Of a stretch of 64,000 bases of DNA, positions 46,775-57,947 are shown one piece after another (within the stretch, counting starts at the first letter, position 1; every line of letters begins with the position of its first letter). Under the pieces are notes generated by a model. The model saw nothing but the letters and a program-made list of their open reading frames with translations. It was not told the origin of the DNA and made no database searches. The translations under genes were made by a program, and so were the position numbers. Origin of the DNA: an uncultured virus (IMG/VR IMGVR_UViG_3300008111_000022) (taxonomy: Duplodnaviria; Heunggongvirae; Uroviricota; Caudoviricetes); IMG/VR virus record IMGVR_UViG_3300008111_000022; one strand, written 5' to 3'.

Positions 46775-49594
46775 TTACCACCAGGTAATTTTTACATATC
46801 CATCACCACCTTTCCCACCAATACCAACTGTCTCTCGATTAGCAGCGCCACCTCCTCCACCACCACCTCGAATACCATCAGCACCTCTTCCTGCTGAAAG
46901 TTTTAATTGACCGATAGAGGGAAAACCTCCTCCAGAATCAGAAGCATACACAACATCATTAAATTTATATCCATATGTAAGTCCATAAATTCCAGTTGAA
47001 GTATTAGATGTCCTCAATGTCCACACAATACTATTCGTTGAAGTGATTATTCTACCATCACTATCACCTATAATAAATAATGAATTTCCATATGAAATTG
47101 CACGAACATCACCAGTTAATCCAGGAGTTGTTCTAAGTTCCCACCAAATTGAATTAGTGGAAACCGAAACTCTACCGGCATTGCCACCAATAAACAAAAG
47201 ATTACTAGTAGTATTGCTTACAGTAGAAATAATATTAGTATAATAAACTGTGTATATTGCTGTAGAAAAAGTTCCAATAGTTCTTAATGACCATTGAATA
47301 AGATTTGTAGACGCTCGTAGTCCCCCATTTGCGCCTGCAATCATATATCTAGCACCATCAGTAAATGCACCAGTACCAAGAGAAATAACAGAAGATTCAC
47401 CACCACCAGATGTTCTAAGAGTCCAATGAATTGTATCTGTTGAGGTTGTTGTTGCTGAAAGACCAGTGGCAATAAAAGTATTGAGTGCAGAGTTATAATC
47501 AATACTATTTAATGCTCCAAGAGCCCCAGTTCTGTATGTCCAAGTAATTGTGTCTGTTGAAGTTAGTATATATCCACCAATGGCACTTGGAACAAAAGAT
47601 CCTACTGCAACATATTTACCTTGACCAAAAGTTATACCTTCTGTTTTAACTGCCGCAGAAGGCACTGTTCTCAAAATCCAAGTAATTGTGTTTGTTGAAG
47701 ACGCTATATATTTACCACCAACTAAATAAATGTTACTAAAATCAAAATATTTAATAGTCAACATTGTATCATTAGAACCAAAACCAGAAGTTCTTAAAGT
47801 CCAAGACCAAGTATGTGTATCATATGAGACTCCACCTCCACCTCCACCTGGACCATAAGGAATACCTGGATAAGCATATATGATATCTGGATTATTTTGC
47901 AAAGGTGTTCCACCAGATGATGATGTTGTCATACCGTACATATTAATAGATCCTCCAGCACCTCCAGAGAAAGATGTACCTGCAGCACCATTTCCACCAG
48001 GAGTGGGTTGAAATCTTAATGATTGGGTTGTTGCGGTATTACCAACACCATGACTATTAAATTGAACACTTGCACTAAGTCCTGATTGGTTTAAAAAAAC
48101 AAAATTTCCTTCAAGTAGACTACTTAAAGAAGCACCCGCAGAAACAGATGGATAATTGAAATTCGATTGAACAGTCCCTTTCGCAGAAATTTGACAATTA
48201 ATATTACCTGGACCAGTCCAGGAAACAATTGTTGATCCTCCGTTACTACCAACAATAGTATTAAATGAAGCCCCAGTTCCACCTGCACCAACTTGAACAA
48301 ATATATTTTCTGAAGTTATAAGTCCCGCGGGAACATACCAAGAAGTATATGCACCACTAGCACCACCCAATCCAGAAAGTAAACCATAAGATACAAGAAC
48401 AGTTGTCGCAGATGCAAGATATACATTACCATTAACTATTACAGAATCAGAAATATTCTCAGCTGTTCTACTAGTTCTTCTAGTCCAAACAATACTGTCA
48501 GTTGAACAAGATATAACACCATTCGCACCTGCGATACCAATATATTTTCCATTATAAAAAGAAGTATTCAAAAATTGAGCAGAACTGGTTCTTAAAGTCC
48601 AATGAATCGAATCTGTAGATACATCGGTCTCAACGGGACCTCCACCTCCAGTAAGAGCAAAGTATAAATTCGGGCCCTCAAGATAATTAATATCGGAGTA
48701 ATTTCCAAAACTAATGGCTCCCGTTCTAGATGACCAGTGTATGGTATCTGTTGATGCACTTATGAGTTTTGAATTCCCTACAATGAAAAATGTATTATTG
48801 GCATAATATGTTTTACTAATAGTATTTTGATTACCTGCAGTTCTTAAAGTCCATTGAATTGCATTTGTTGATACAGCTACTCCACTGGTAGTTGCAGTGC
48901 TAACATGGGCTAGATAATAATTAGTTCCACCAACATTTCCAAAAGCAAACTCAAGAGCACCATCTGACGTTGGAATAGTTCTTAGTGTCCATACAATTCC
49001 ATTAGTAGAAGTTTGAGTATAAGGAAGAGATGTAGCTTTGGAGCTCAATAAATAAAGACCATTAAAATATCTTAAATGACGAACTGAATGATTAACTCCA
49101 CCAGTAAGTTGTGTTCTTCGATTCCAAATAATACCATCAGTTGATTGTACTACATACGCAGGAAATCCAAGAGCTGCTGTTAGGATATTATTTTCATCTT
49201 TCACAATAGAATATTTGTCAGCAGAAGATCCAGATGTAGTGGTTGTTCTTAAATACCAAGTAAAAGTTGATTCATCTAGATTTTGCCCAGCACCACCGCC
49301 TCCACCAGCACCATAAAGTTCAAAATAAAATAAGTTTGCATTTTTTGGTTTTGGAAAACCTACGGCTGCGGGTGGTGGTACAGGAGATCCAAATTCTGCA
49401 GTACCAGAAAGTTCTTCCCATGATGTTGATACTCCATCAGTGCTAACAAGAAATTTTCCAGAATTTCCAGTTTGTGTGGGTAAACTTACTCCACCCGTTA
49501 GGTTAGCATCAACATATTGCTTATTTAAAACATCATAGGTATCAAAAATTGTAGTTGTAATTCCAGAAATAAAATTAGATCCTGCTGTTGTCAT
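46775..49594 (-). CDS. fibre/adhesin-like repeat protein (paralogue)
   Basis: 939 aa; DVLNKQYVD; same repeats; ends GGDGYVKITWW. Confidence 0.8.
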   Translation of the reverse strand: MTTAGSNFISGITTTIFDTYDVLNKQYVDANLTGGVSLPTQTGNSGKFLVSTDGVSTSWEELSGTAEFGSPVPPPAAVGFPKPKNANLFYFELYGAGGGGGAGQNLDESTFTWYLRTTTTSGSSADKYSIVKDENNILTAALGFPAYVVQSTDGIIWNRRTQLTGGVNHSVRHLRYFNGLYLLSSKATSLPYTQTSTNGIVWTLRTIPTSDGALEFAFGNVGGTNYYLAHVSTATTSGVAVSTNAIQWTLRTAGNQNTISKTYYANNTFFIVGNSKLISASTDTIHWSSRTGAISFGNYSDINYLEGPNLYFALTGGGGPVETDVSTDSIHWTLRTSSAQFLNTSFYNGKYIGIAGANGVISCSTDSIVWTRRTSRTAENISDSVIVNGNVYLASATTVLVSYGLLSGLGGASGAYTSWYVPAGLITSENIFVQVGAGGTGASFNTIVGSNGGSTIVSWTGPGNINCQISAKGTVQSNFNYPSVSAGASLSSLLEGNFVFLNQSGLSASVQFNSHGVGNTATTQSLRFQPTPGGNGAAGTSFSGGAGGSINMYGMTTSSSGGTPLQNNPDIIYAYPGIPYGPGGGGGGVSYDTHTWSWTLRTSGFGSNDTMLTIKYFDFSNIYLVGGKYIASSTNTITWILRTVPSAAVKTEGITFGQGKYVAVGSFVPSAIGGYILTSTDTITWTYRTGALGALNSIDYNSALNTFIATGLSATTTSTDTIHWTLRTSGGGESSVISLGTGAFTDGARYMIAGANGGLRASTNLIQWSLRTIGTFSTAIYTVYYTNIISTVSNTTSNLLFIGGNAGRVSVSTNSIWWELRTTPGLTGDVRAISYGNSLFIIGDSDGRIITSTNSIVWTLRTSNTSTGIYGLTYGYKFNDVVYASDSGGGFPSIGQLKLSAGRGADGIRGGGGGGGAANRETVGIGGKGGDGYVKITWW

Positions 49595-49610
49595 TTTTTA
49601 CTTTTCCTCC

Positions 49611-52409
49611 TTATACCCAACTGATACGAACATATCCATCACCACCTTTTCCACCAATACCAAAAAGAGTAGAACCACCATTATAACCACCCCCTCCTCC
49701 ACCAGAACCACGTTTTCCATCTCCACCATCACCAACAAGTCCCCTTTTTGGTGATGTTAATAATACATTTGAATTTGCACTTAGAAAAAGATCTTGAGAG
49801 AATAACAAAGAACTACATGAATTAACAGTTCCAGACGTCCTTCGTATCCAATGAATTGTATCTGTTGAAATACATAAAAACCCACCCCCACCTCCGATTA
49901 AATGAGTAATATTTCCAAAAGTATATCTAATAGGTCCAGAAGTAATGGTAGTGGTTCTTAACCTCCATTCAATTCCATTCGTAGAACTAAAGAGTTGTTG
50001 TCCAACAGTGGTCCCAATATTAAAAATTCCGTTACCAATATTAATGTCTTCGAGAGTATTTAGTGTTCCAACCGTTCTTAGTGTCCAATGTATTGTATTT
50101 GTTGAAACAATTAATACTCCATTTGCACCAATAACATAATAATTTGAATTATGATATAATATCTCTTTAAGAGAACCAACAAAATTAGATGTTGTTCTAA
50201 AAGTCCAATGTATACTATCCGTAGAGTGATTTAAAATAAACGGTGATCCTCCCCCATATATGAATTCATTATTACCATATTTGATAGTAACTGCAATGCG
50301 ACTGTCTGCTGTACCAACTGTCCTTCTTTCCCAAGTAATTAAATCTGTAGATGCTAGTATTCCAGTTTGGGATGTACCAGCAGATATAACATATATACCA
50401 TTTCCATAAGCAATATCGTGGATTAAATTACTAGTGCTTATGTTAGAAAGTGGTAAAGGTAAAAGAGTCCACGATATTCCATTAGTGGAACTATGTAGCA
50501 TTCCATTCTGTGTACAAATAAAATAATTATCATTTAAATATCTCATTTTACTTACTGAGGTTGATCGAAGTCCAACTGTTCTGAGAATCCAATAAGATGC
50601 ATCAATAAGAGTAGCCCCGCCACCATTTGCCCCAGAAGAAACAGGATAACCATTAACTATAGGAGAATTAGCATTAGTGTAATTTCGAGAAGCAGTATTA
50701 ATGTTACTGCCATAAAGAGATGATACTCCACCAGTACAACCAAAAAATCTAAATTCATCAATAGTAGAACTTAGAGGTAACACAATTGGGGGAGATGCAT
50801 ATCCACCACCACCTCCTGTAGACATTGATTGATAATGATCTAAAGATGATGGGGCAGTCCATTCTGTATTATTAAATAGTTCTCCAAGAGTTGTTCCTGG
50901 TATGGGTATTAATCCTGGTCCTCCTCCACCTCCTGGGGCTGCATATAAATAACCAGTATTTGCGGAAGGTTCAATACCTCCCGCACCTCCGAGCAAATCA
51001 CCGTTGGTAGATCCACCTTTTCCACCATTTAATGTTAAAATACTAGTATCACCATTCCAAGAAACTGTAGTATTACCACCATCTGTTGCAGCAGTGCCAC
51101 CAGATCCAACCGTTACTGTTAAATCAGTTTGAATAAAACTACTTGGAATTTTCCAGGTGGCAGTTGCTCCACCTCCTCCACCTCCGCCAGCAAATCCAGA
51201 AATCAATGTATATGATGGTGAGTAACCAATCAATTGCCCTGTATTAGCAAAAAAACTTCCATTTAAGTATCTAATACTACCAGCACTACTATTGGTTCCA
51301 ACAATACCTCTTTGAAACCAAACAATACCATCAGTTGAAGTTCTCACTCGACTATAGCTTGAATCAGCAGTAGTCGCAGCAAATATATTTTCTCCAAAAT
51401 CAACACCACTAAGAACTACTGCTGTTCCAATAGTTCTTAGAGACCATATTACAGAATTAGTTGAAGTATGTAACCCATTAGACCCGACAACTACGTATAT
51501 TCCATTTCCATATGCAACATCATACAATGATGGTGATCCAGAAAGAATATTATTAGTCCAATTAATACTATCTGTAGATGTTGCAACTTGACCAAGATTT
51601 GCTATTAAAATAAGACCTGTTGCAAATTCACTTGGATAATATCTAATCCTAAGGATATTCTGAGCACCAGATATACCACTAGTTCTGGATCTCCAATGAA
51701 TCGCATCAGTAGAGACAGAAACAGCACCAGCAGAACCAGATATGACATATAAATTTGGAGATGGTGTACCAAATTCTGTGGCAGAAAATATAGTAGTAGA
51801 AATTAATCCAACTGTTCTTGCAGTCCAATTAATTGTGTCAGTTGAACTTGAAAGGATTCCATTGCCGCCAACGCCACCAATAATATATTTTTGTGCAATT
51901 GTTGGTATAGATGCAAGACCAACAGCATTACCTAAAAGAGAATTACCTACGGTTCTTGCTATCCATTGAATACCATTTGTTGACACACGCAACATTCTTG
52001 TACTCCCAGCAAACATATAAATTCCACCATTTTGAATGTACAAAAATTCCCAAATTGTACTGCCCGCACCAGAAGTCCTAAAAGACCAGACAGAACCAAT
52101 CTTATAATTACTTGGATTAGAACTGCCACTGGCACCGCCACCCCCAGCACCAGTAGCCGAAATTGTTACGAGTTCCGCATTTGATGGTATAGTAAAATTG
52201 TAAGTTCCTGCGGCATCATATTCCACATAACCAGAAAGTGGTTCCCAAGAAACTACACTACCATTTGTAAATAAAGACTCATTTTCATTTGATATTACCC
52301 CAGGAATTACAGTTGCTCTGTCATCAACATATTGTTTATAGACAGCATCAGTTGATGAAGTTGCTGTCGTAATTCCCGTAATCTGATCTGATTTTATTTC
52401 GACTGCCAT
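49611..52409 (-). CDS. fibre/adhesin-like repeat protein (paralogue)
   Basis: 932 aa; DAVYKQYVD; same repeats; ends GGDGYVRISWV. Confidence 0.8.
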   Translation of the reverse strand: MAVEIKSDQITGITTATSSTDAVYKQYVDDRATVIPGVISNENESLFTNGSVVSWEPLSGYVEYDAAGTYNFTIPSNAELVTISATGAGGGGASGSSNPSNYKIGSVWSFRTSGAGSTIWEFLYIQNGGIYMFAGSTRMLRVSTNGIQWIARTVGNSLLGNAVGLASIPTIAQKYIIGGVGGNGILSSSTDTINWTARTVGLISTTIFSATEFGTPSPNLYVISGSAGAVSVSTDAIHWRSRTSGISGAQNILRIRYYPSEFATGLILIANLGQVATSTDSINWTNNILSGSPSLYDVAYGNGIYVVVGSNGLHTSTNSVIWSLRTIGTAVVLSGVDFGENIFAATTADSSYSRVRTSTDGIVWFQRGIVGTNSSAGSIRYLNGSFFANTGQLIGYSPSYTLISGFAGGGGGGGATATWKIPSSFIQTDLTVTVGSGGTAATDGGNTTVSWNGDTSILTLNGGKGGSTNGDLLGGAGGIEPSANTGYLYAAPGGGGGPGLIPIPGTTLGELFNNTEWTAPSSLDHYQSMSTGGGGGYASPPIVLPLSSTIDEFRFFGCTGGVSSLYGSNINTASRNYTNANSPIVNGYPVSSGANGGGATLIDASYWILRTVGLRSTSVSKMRYLNDNYFICTQNGMLHSSTNGISWTLLPLPLSNISTSNLIHDIAYGNGIYVISAGTSQTGILASTDLITWERRTVGTADSRIAVTIKYGNNEFIYGGGSPFILNHSTDSIHWTFRTTSNFVGSLKEILYHNSNYYVIGANGVLIVSTNTIHWTLRTVGTLNTLEDINIGNGIFNIGTTVGQQLFSSTNGIEWRLRTTTITSGPIRYTFGNITHLIGGGGGFLCISTDTIHWIRRTSGTVNSCSSLLFSQDLFLSANSNVLLTSPKRGLVGDGGDGKRGSGGGGGGYNGGSTLFGIGGKGGDGYVRISWV

Positions 52410-52410
52410 T

Positions 52411-53154
52411 TCAGATCTCCTTCAATTTTTTCTCTAACTCATCTATTCTTAAATTTTGTTCTTTAATAGCTTCGATTAAAAGTGCAACTAGGTTACCATA
52501 AGCAACTGATTTTACTTCGTAGTCAGGTGCTGGTCCTTTAGGATAAACAATATCTGGTATTACTTTTTCTACTTCTTGTGCAATAACACCGATTTGATGC
52601 TCCCCATTATCAATACGATCATATTCAACACCACGTAAAGATAAAACTTTTCCAAGAGCATCTGAAATTGTTTCAATATTAGTTTTTAATTTTTCATCAG
52701 AGTTTGCAGTTACAGTTCCTGCCGCGACAAGATTTCCGGTTGATGGATTAAATGTAAGTTTTGTTGATGAAACATATAAAGAAGAGGCAGTTCCTGAAGT
52801 AGTATCTTGAAATGCTATGAAACGAGATGCATTTGTGGTTGTATCATCAGAAATTGTAACAGATCCTCCACCGCCACCACCGGTAGCACTTATAGAAATA
52901 TTTGCCGTACCTCCAGCAAGAGTTGCCGTTACACCCGATCCTATAAAATTAAGCACGGTAGCAGTCCCTAAAGAAGATCCTTCTTCTTGCACTGTGAGAG
53001 AACCGCCACCGCCAGATATACCCGTTAATTGAGAACCATCTCCTCTGTAAGAAGAAGCAGTAATAATTCCAGAAGCATTTATAGATGCTATGGTAAGTCC
53101 TGCATCAACAGTAGCAGACCCATAAATTCTTGTTCCAGATTTAAGTTTTGCCAT
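52411..53154 (-). CDS. short tail fibre protein with peptidase S74 chaperone
   Basis: NSDEKLKTNI...LRGVEY...GVIAQEVE...VAYGNLVALLIEAIKE. Confidence 0.85.
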   Translation of the reverse strand: MAKLKSGTRIYGSATVDAGLTIASINASGIITASSYRGDGSQLTGISGGGGSLTVQEEGSSLGTATVLNFIGSGVTATLAGGTANISISATGGGGGGSVTISDDTTTNASRFIAFQDTTSGTASSLYVSSTKLTFNPSTGNLVAAGTVTANSDEKLKTNIETISDALGKVLSLRGVEYDRIDNGEHQIGVIAQEVEKVIPDIVYPKGPAPDYEVKSVAYGNLVALLIEAIKEQNLRIDELEKKLKEI

Positions 53155-53157
53155 TTT

Positions 53158-56100
53158 TTATGCCTGTGCCTCCGTCCAGGAAATTCTACATGCAAGGTTC
53201 TTACTACCATTAGGTTCCAAGTTAGTGGCCGCAATAAGAAGAATATCTGGTCCAACTGGATAACCAGGATTTACTGATCCTACGTCACCATTACCACTAA
53301 GAATTGAAGTTCCAAGATCACGAACTTTTTCTAGGTTAAATGAAGTTGCCGAAAAGTTGCTACCACCGGAGTTTTCTGTATAGAAACCAAAAATTCTATC
53401 TCCACCGGTAAATGCACCGGTGGCATTTACCGCAGTAGCTGCATACGATTGAGTGCCATTGAAATAAACTACTTGAGCAAGAGAACCCGAACCAACAGGA
53501 ACCGTTTGCCAATCTGAAGGTAATGTTAAATCACCACCAGTCATGGTTTGAGGATTCAAAATTCCCTGTATAAGAAACTGTCCTTGAGAATAAACTCCCA
53601 TACCAGATAATGTTAATTGCATTCTATTTACAATTTCTCTAACACCAAAATTCTTTCCGACACCAAAATCAACAGAAGGTGCGATACGAATTGCTAGAAG
53701 TGGTTTAGTAGTACCAGCATCAACTCTCAAATATCTATTCATACCAGCAGTGAATAAGATCGCCTTATCATCATCATATCTACCATCCATAATAACCGAA
53801 ACACCCCAATGACTAACAACTGGAGCACATGTACAATGCAAATATTGAACATTAACTTGTGCTGTTCCCGAAGCAGATGATTGCACACCAGGATCTGGAG
53901 TAAACGTATAGTTTGCTGTTCCTCCAGAAAGTGTATATGCGGATGAACTAAAATTACCTTGTGTGGAAATACCAGCAACACTATAACTAGTCCTTCTAGT
54001 TAGTCCAGTAAGTGGGTAACCACGGACACTAGCATTATATGCACCAATTCCAGTATATTGAACAAGTTCAGAATTGGTAGAGTCCTGAATCATTACAAAT
54101 CCAGCTGTGGGCCAATTCAAAGCGTTGTCAATGAACAATGTTGTATCATTGGAATTTAAAGCAGATCCTCTAGATGCACCGCTACCAGAAACTAATCTAC
54201 TAAAAGGTCCTTGATTGATTGCTTCAAATCTACCAGGAATATTTCCAGAACGCATATACGCAGCAGTATTTACGTTATTATTTGGCATCTTATGGCAGTA
54301 AATAATATCCCCATTTACAGCACGAAATCCAAAACGAATAAAACCAGCTCCATACCAGGTATAATCAATGTATGCCATCTGCATCTTGGAAATTTGCAGA
54401 TTATACCCACTTGGTCCAGATCCATCCATCTTATCCATGTTCCACTGGTTTTGTGGTACACGATAATTTTGTGTTTTTAAATATTTTACAGGTCTTGATG
54501 GATTAGGACCGATGTATGCTGGGTTGATTCTAAGTGTAACATCATCTGTAATTTGTGCTATTTCATAAGATTGACCTTTAATAATAATTTTTTCCCCAAC
54601 AACTAATTGCTCTCTAAATTTTGTATTAGTTCCTGTAACAGATCCACTATTTTGAGTTACTGTGAGAAGACCAAATAATTCTTTAACAGAATCTCTTCTA
54701 CAAGCGTATAAAGTTGCTCCATCAAATTCAAAAAAGAATCCATTCTGTTCATCAAATAAACCAGTTCTAACAGATGCACCCCTCCATGCAGTAACAGTAA
54801 CTAAAGCATTTACTCCACCAGGAGATGTATCTGTTGGTACTCCAGATGCGGTATAGGTAAATGTTTTTTCACCAGTGACGGTTTGTACGGTAAAACTTCC
54901 ATTATATAAATTGCTATCCGTAGATCCATTAGAAGATTCAATACCTTCGATTAAAACAGTAACTCCGACTTGAACATTATGTGGTTGTATAGTTGTTAAT
55001 GTGATAGTATTTCCAGATGCAGATATCGCAGCAATATCATAGGTTGGAGTAAATTTTGCCCCAGTAGAAAATTGCATTGCCTTACCAGACTGATAACGAA
55101 AATATCTTCTGGTCTGACGAATTTGTTGAACTCCAGTTACATTATTGCCAGTGGTTATTAATACTCCACCATCTGTTGCTCTATGCTGTTGATATCCTTC
55201 TGGTGCAGTATATAATAAGGCGTTTGCAAAATTTGTACCTGATGCAAGAGACCCCGTTGGAGCAACATTAACTGGAAATACAAATGTTGTTGGTGATTCT
55301 ACAGTTTTGATAACCCATGATCCATTTGGTGCGTTAGTTGTTGCAGTTACTCCAGAAATCATAATTGGTGTGCCGGGGTATAAACCATGGGCTGCTGCAG
55401 TAGTGACTGTAATATCAGTCCCATTATAAGTCATAGCAGAAGCAGAAACCGCAAGTGGAATTCTTGCTCCAGGAAATATACCACCAGCTGCAACTACAGT
55501 ATAACCAGTATCTAAAACAGATCCATTTACTTGACCTTTTGCATAATAATTAAATTCTGTTGCGTTAGCTGAAGCAGTAATCAAATATGTTCCATCTGCA
55601 CGTTCATTCAAAGAATCTTGTACAGACACAACGTCTCCCACTACTAATCCATGATTAGTAGAAGTAGTTACAGTCATTAAAGATTTTGTGGCATTATTAC
55701 CAACAATTGAAACAATATCAAGTGCTACTCCACCACTCCCCTTTGCATAAAAAGATGGATAATTTTGTACAAGTGCCAAGGATTCCCACTTTGATGGTTG
55801 CACAGAATACTCAAAGTCAGTATCAATCAATGTTTGAGGAGTTGATACCCTCATTTTTGATACTGGATCCGTAAAAGTCTCTGAAGGAGTAAATTTCTCA
55901 TCATATTCATCTACGATAATTTGAAGTTTATCATTGGCACTCATCGATGTTGTATTATAAACTAAATCAATCGTAGTTGTATCTCTTGCTCCAGTTACAA
56001 CTTTACTATCCGCATCCTGAGTAACTCCCTGTGCATAGTTAGATGAGTTTACTGAATAAGCAGTTGCCCCCAAATTAGAATCTGAAAAATTATAAATTAC

Positions 56101-56223
56101 TGTATTGGTCGTGACATTTGTAATCAGAATCAATCTTTCACGAAGAATAGCACGAGGAATAGTTATTCTTCTACTGATAGGAACAAATGTATATGCGGTT
56201 TCCAGTATTGCCTTTCTTGCCAT
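53158..56223 (-). CDS. virion structural protein
   Basis: 1021 aa; RVSTPQTLIDTDFEY, TTxxHGL repeats, RQTRRYFRYQSGK, WYGAG. Confidence 0.8.
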   Translation of the reverse strand: MARKAILETAYTFVPISRRITIPRAILRERLILITNVTTNTVIYNFSDSNLGATAYSVNSSNYAQGVTQDADSKVVTGARDTTTIDLVYNTTSMSANDKLQIIVDEYDEKFTPSETFTDPVSKMRVSTPQTLIDTDFEYSVQPSKWESLALVQNYPSFYAKGSGGVALDIVSIVGNNATKSLMTVTTSTNHGLVVGDVVSVQDSLNERADGTYLITASANATEFNYYAKGQVNGSVLDTGYTVVAAGGIFPGARIPLAVSASAMTYNGTDITVTTAAAHGLYPGTPIMISGVTATTNAPNGSWVIKTVESPTTFVFPVNVAPTGSLASGTNFANALLYTAPEGYQQHRATDGGVLITTGNNVTGVQQIRQTRRYFRYQSGKAMQFSTGAKFTPTYDIAAISASGNTITLTTIQPHNVQVGVTVLIEGIESSNGSTDSNLYNGSFTVQTVTGEKTFTYTASGVPTDTSPGGVNALVTVTAWRGASVRTGLFDEQNGFFFEFDGATLYACRRDSVKELFGLLTVTQNSGSVTGTNTKFREQLVVGEKIIIKGQSYEIAQITDDVTLRINPAYIGPNPSRPVKYLKTQNYRVPQNQWNMDKMDGSGPSGYNLQISKMQMAYIDYTWYGAGFIRFGFRAVNGDIIYCHKMPNNNVNTAAYMRSGNIPGRFEAINQGPFSRLVSGSGASRGSALNSNDTTLFIDNALNWPTAGFVMIQDSTNSELVQYTGIGAYNASVRGYPLTGLTRRTSYSVAGISTQGNFSSSAYTLSGGTANYTFTPDPGVQSSASGTAQVNVQYLHCTCAPVVSHWGVSVIMDGRYDDDKAILFTAGMNRYLRVDAGTTKPLLAIRIAPSVDFGVGKNFGVREIVNRMQLTLSGMGVYSQGQFLIQGILNPQTMTGGDLTLPSDWQTVPVGSGSLAQVVYFNGTQSYAATAVNATGAFTGGDRIFGFYTENSGGSNFSATSFNLEKVRDLGTSILSGNGDVGSVNPGYPVGPDILLIAATNLEPNGSKNLACRISWTEAQA

Positions 56224-56258
56224 GATTAATGAGTACCTTTTTTATATTTATGTGTTAG

Positions 56259-56549
56259 TTAAATAGTAGTAATTTCATCAATCTCATTATAAACAATCAC
56301 AGACATATCAGTATTTTGCCTCATAAATGTTCCTTGCCCTGGACCATACAAGACCCCAGCAAAGTCATCATATACAATATCATAAGGAGCAAAGACATTT
56401 GCAGTAATTGTTGTAACACCAACATTTTCGGCAAATTCTGAGGCATAAAAAGTTCCAAGACCAGTTATACTTGGATTATTTGCTGTGGTCTCATCAAACT
56501 CCCCAGCAAGCATTGAACCGTATTGATCTAATCTTCCTACGACTGGCAT
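56259..56549 (-). CDS. hypothetical protein
   Basis: 96 aa ORF within the fibre operon. Confidence 0.7.
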   Translation of the reverse strand: MPVVGRLDQYGSMLAGEFDETTANNPSITGLGTFYASEFAENVGVTTITANVFAPYDIVYDDFAGVLYGPGQGTFMRQNTDMSVIVYNEIDEITTI

Positions 56550-56553
56550 AATC

Positions 56554-57933
56554 TTATCCTGCTACAAAGTCCAAACTATTTGCAGTTGAGTTATACTGTA
56601 TGTAGAAGTTCGTGGTGCCTGCAGTTCCACCAAATCTCATTTTGTTTTGTGATCGAACTCTTACATCTCCATTTACATCAATTTTAAATAATGCATTTGT
56701 CGTTCCAATACCAACATTTGATGTTGTCGTAACACCTGTGGCAGTTGTAATCCACTGTGTACCAATTCCACTACCACCACCTCCAGCAGATCCAGTTACA
56801 GTAACAATACCAGAAGACGGAGCAGATACACTTAAGTTGGCACCAAAATCAATAATAGTTGCAATTCCAAGTGGTGCGGTATCATCCCTAATACTAACTC
56901 CAGAAGAACCTCCACCACCAGTGGCAGAAATTGTGATTGATTTTGGAGTAGAGGAATTATTTGCAGTAATTGTAACTCCTGTACCCGCAATAAGGTTTAA
57001 TGGTTCTTCACCAGTTGCGGTTACTCCAGTATTGCCATTAATTTGTATAGGGTTAAATGATGATTCTGAATTGATTAAAATTTCACCATTACCAAGATCA
57101 GTTACACTAAAAGGTGCTTTAGCGAATCTAATTGCCTTTACATTAGAAACTGCATCACTGGAGTTAATTCCAGCAATTCGTGTGCTGACAGTTAATGCTA
57201 AACCAGCAGATGCCCCAGAAATTGCAATAGTGGCAACACCATTAGAGAATGTTGCCGTCGCCCCTGCACCGACAAAGTTAATTGTTGCCGCGGTCCCTAC
57301 AGTAGATCCTTCTTCTTGAACAACAACACCAGATCCAACAGCTGTAATTCCAGTAAGACCAGAACCATCCCCAACAAATGATTGTGCAGTTATAATTCCA
57401 GTGGTATTAATGCTGCCACTAGACCCAATTCCAACTCCACTGCCAGAACCAACACCCTTTGTACCAACATACTTATAAAAAGAAACTCTTGGTAATTGTG
57501 CTGCACTAACATTAGCTGGGTTACCAGCATAGAAAAATACTGTTCCTCCAGAATAATTTAAAATCCAATCATTTGTTCCAAAAGGAATTTCTGTAGTTCC
57601 ATTACTTTGATATAACTTTGGATTATAAGTAGCATCAAATCCATAAGGAATACAATCTACTAAATCGGATAAGTAGTATGCACTAGCGGCACCAGATACC
57701 GCGGTCATAGTTCTTTTTTCAAAAAATCTAATGACCCCGCTTGTAGCACCATTAGCCAAGGCAGGAGCAGTTGCTGGAATTTGATCTGCTTGTTGCCACA
57801 CTTGAGAAGGTAAAACAATATCTCTCGCACTAATACTTTCATTAAAGAAATCTCTAGGTAAAGCAGTTTCTGCTACCTGTGCAACTGCCTTTTTATATAC
57901 AAAACTAGTTTTTTGTGCGTCTGTTAATGCCAT
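56554..57933 (-). CDS. tail fibre-like protein
   Basis: 459 aa; VQEEG..VGTA.TINFVG modules; shares segments with neighbouring genes. Confidence 0.75.
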   Translation of the reverse strand: MALTDAQKTSFVYKKAVAQVAETALPRDFFNESISARDIVLPSQVWQQADQIPATAPALANGATSGVIRFFEKRTMTAVSGAASAYYLSDLVDCIPYGFDATYNPKLYQSNGTTEIPFGTNDWILNYSGGTVFFYAGNPANVSAAQLPRVSFYKYVGTKGVGSGSGVGIGSSGSINTTGIITAQSFVGDGSGLTGITAVGSGVVVQEEGSTVGTAATINFVGAGATATFSNGVATIAISGASAGLALTVSTRIAGINSSDAVSNVKAIRFAKAPFSVTDLGNGEILINSESSFNPIQINGNTGVTATGEEPLNLIAGTGVTITANNSSTPKSITISATGGGGSSGVSIRDDTAPLGIATIIDFGANLSVSAPSSGIVTVTGSAGGGGSGIGTQWITTATGVTTTSNVGIGTTNALFKIDVNGDVRVRSQNKMRFGGTAGTTNFYIQYNSTANSLDFVAG

Positions 57934-57947
57934 TTATTTACTCAGTA

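Noticed and set aside
56612..57319. 235-aa plus-strand ORF and similar Pro/Val-rich plus-strand ORFs across the fibre genes
   Set aside because: Antisense frames kept open by Gly/Thr codon bias
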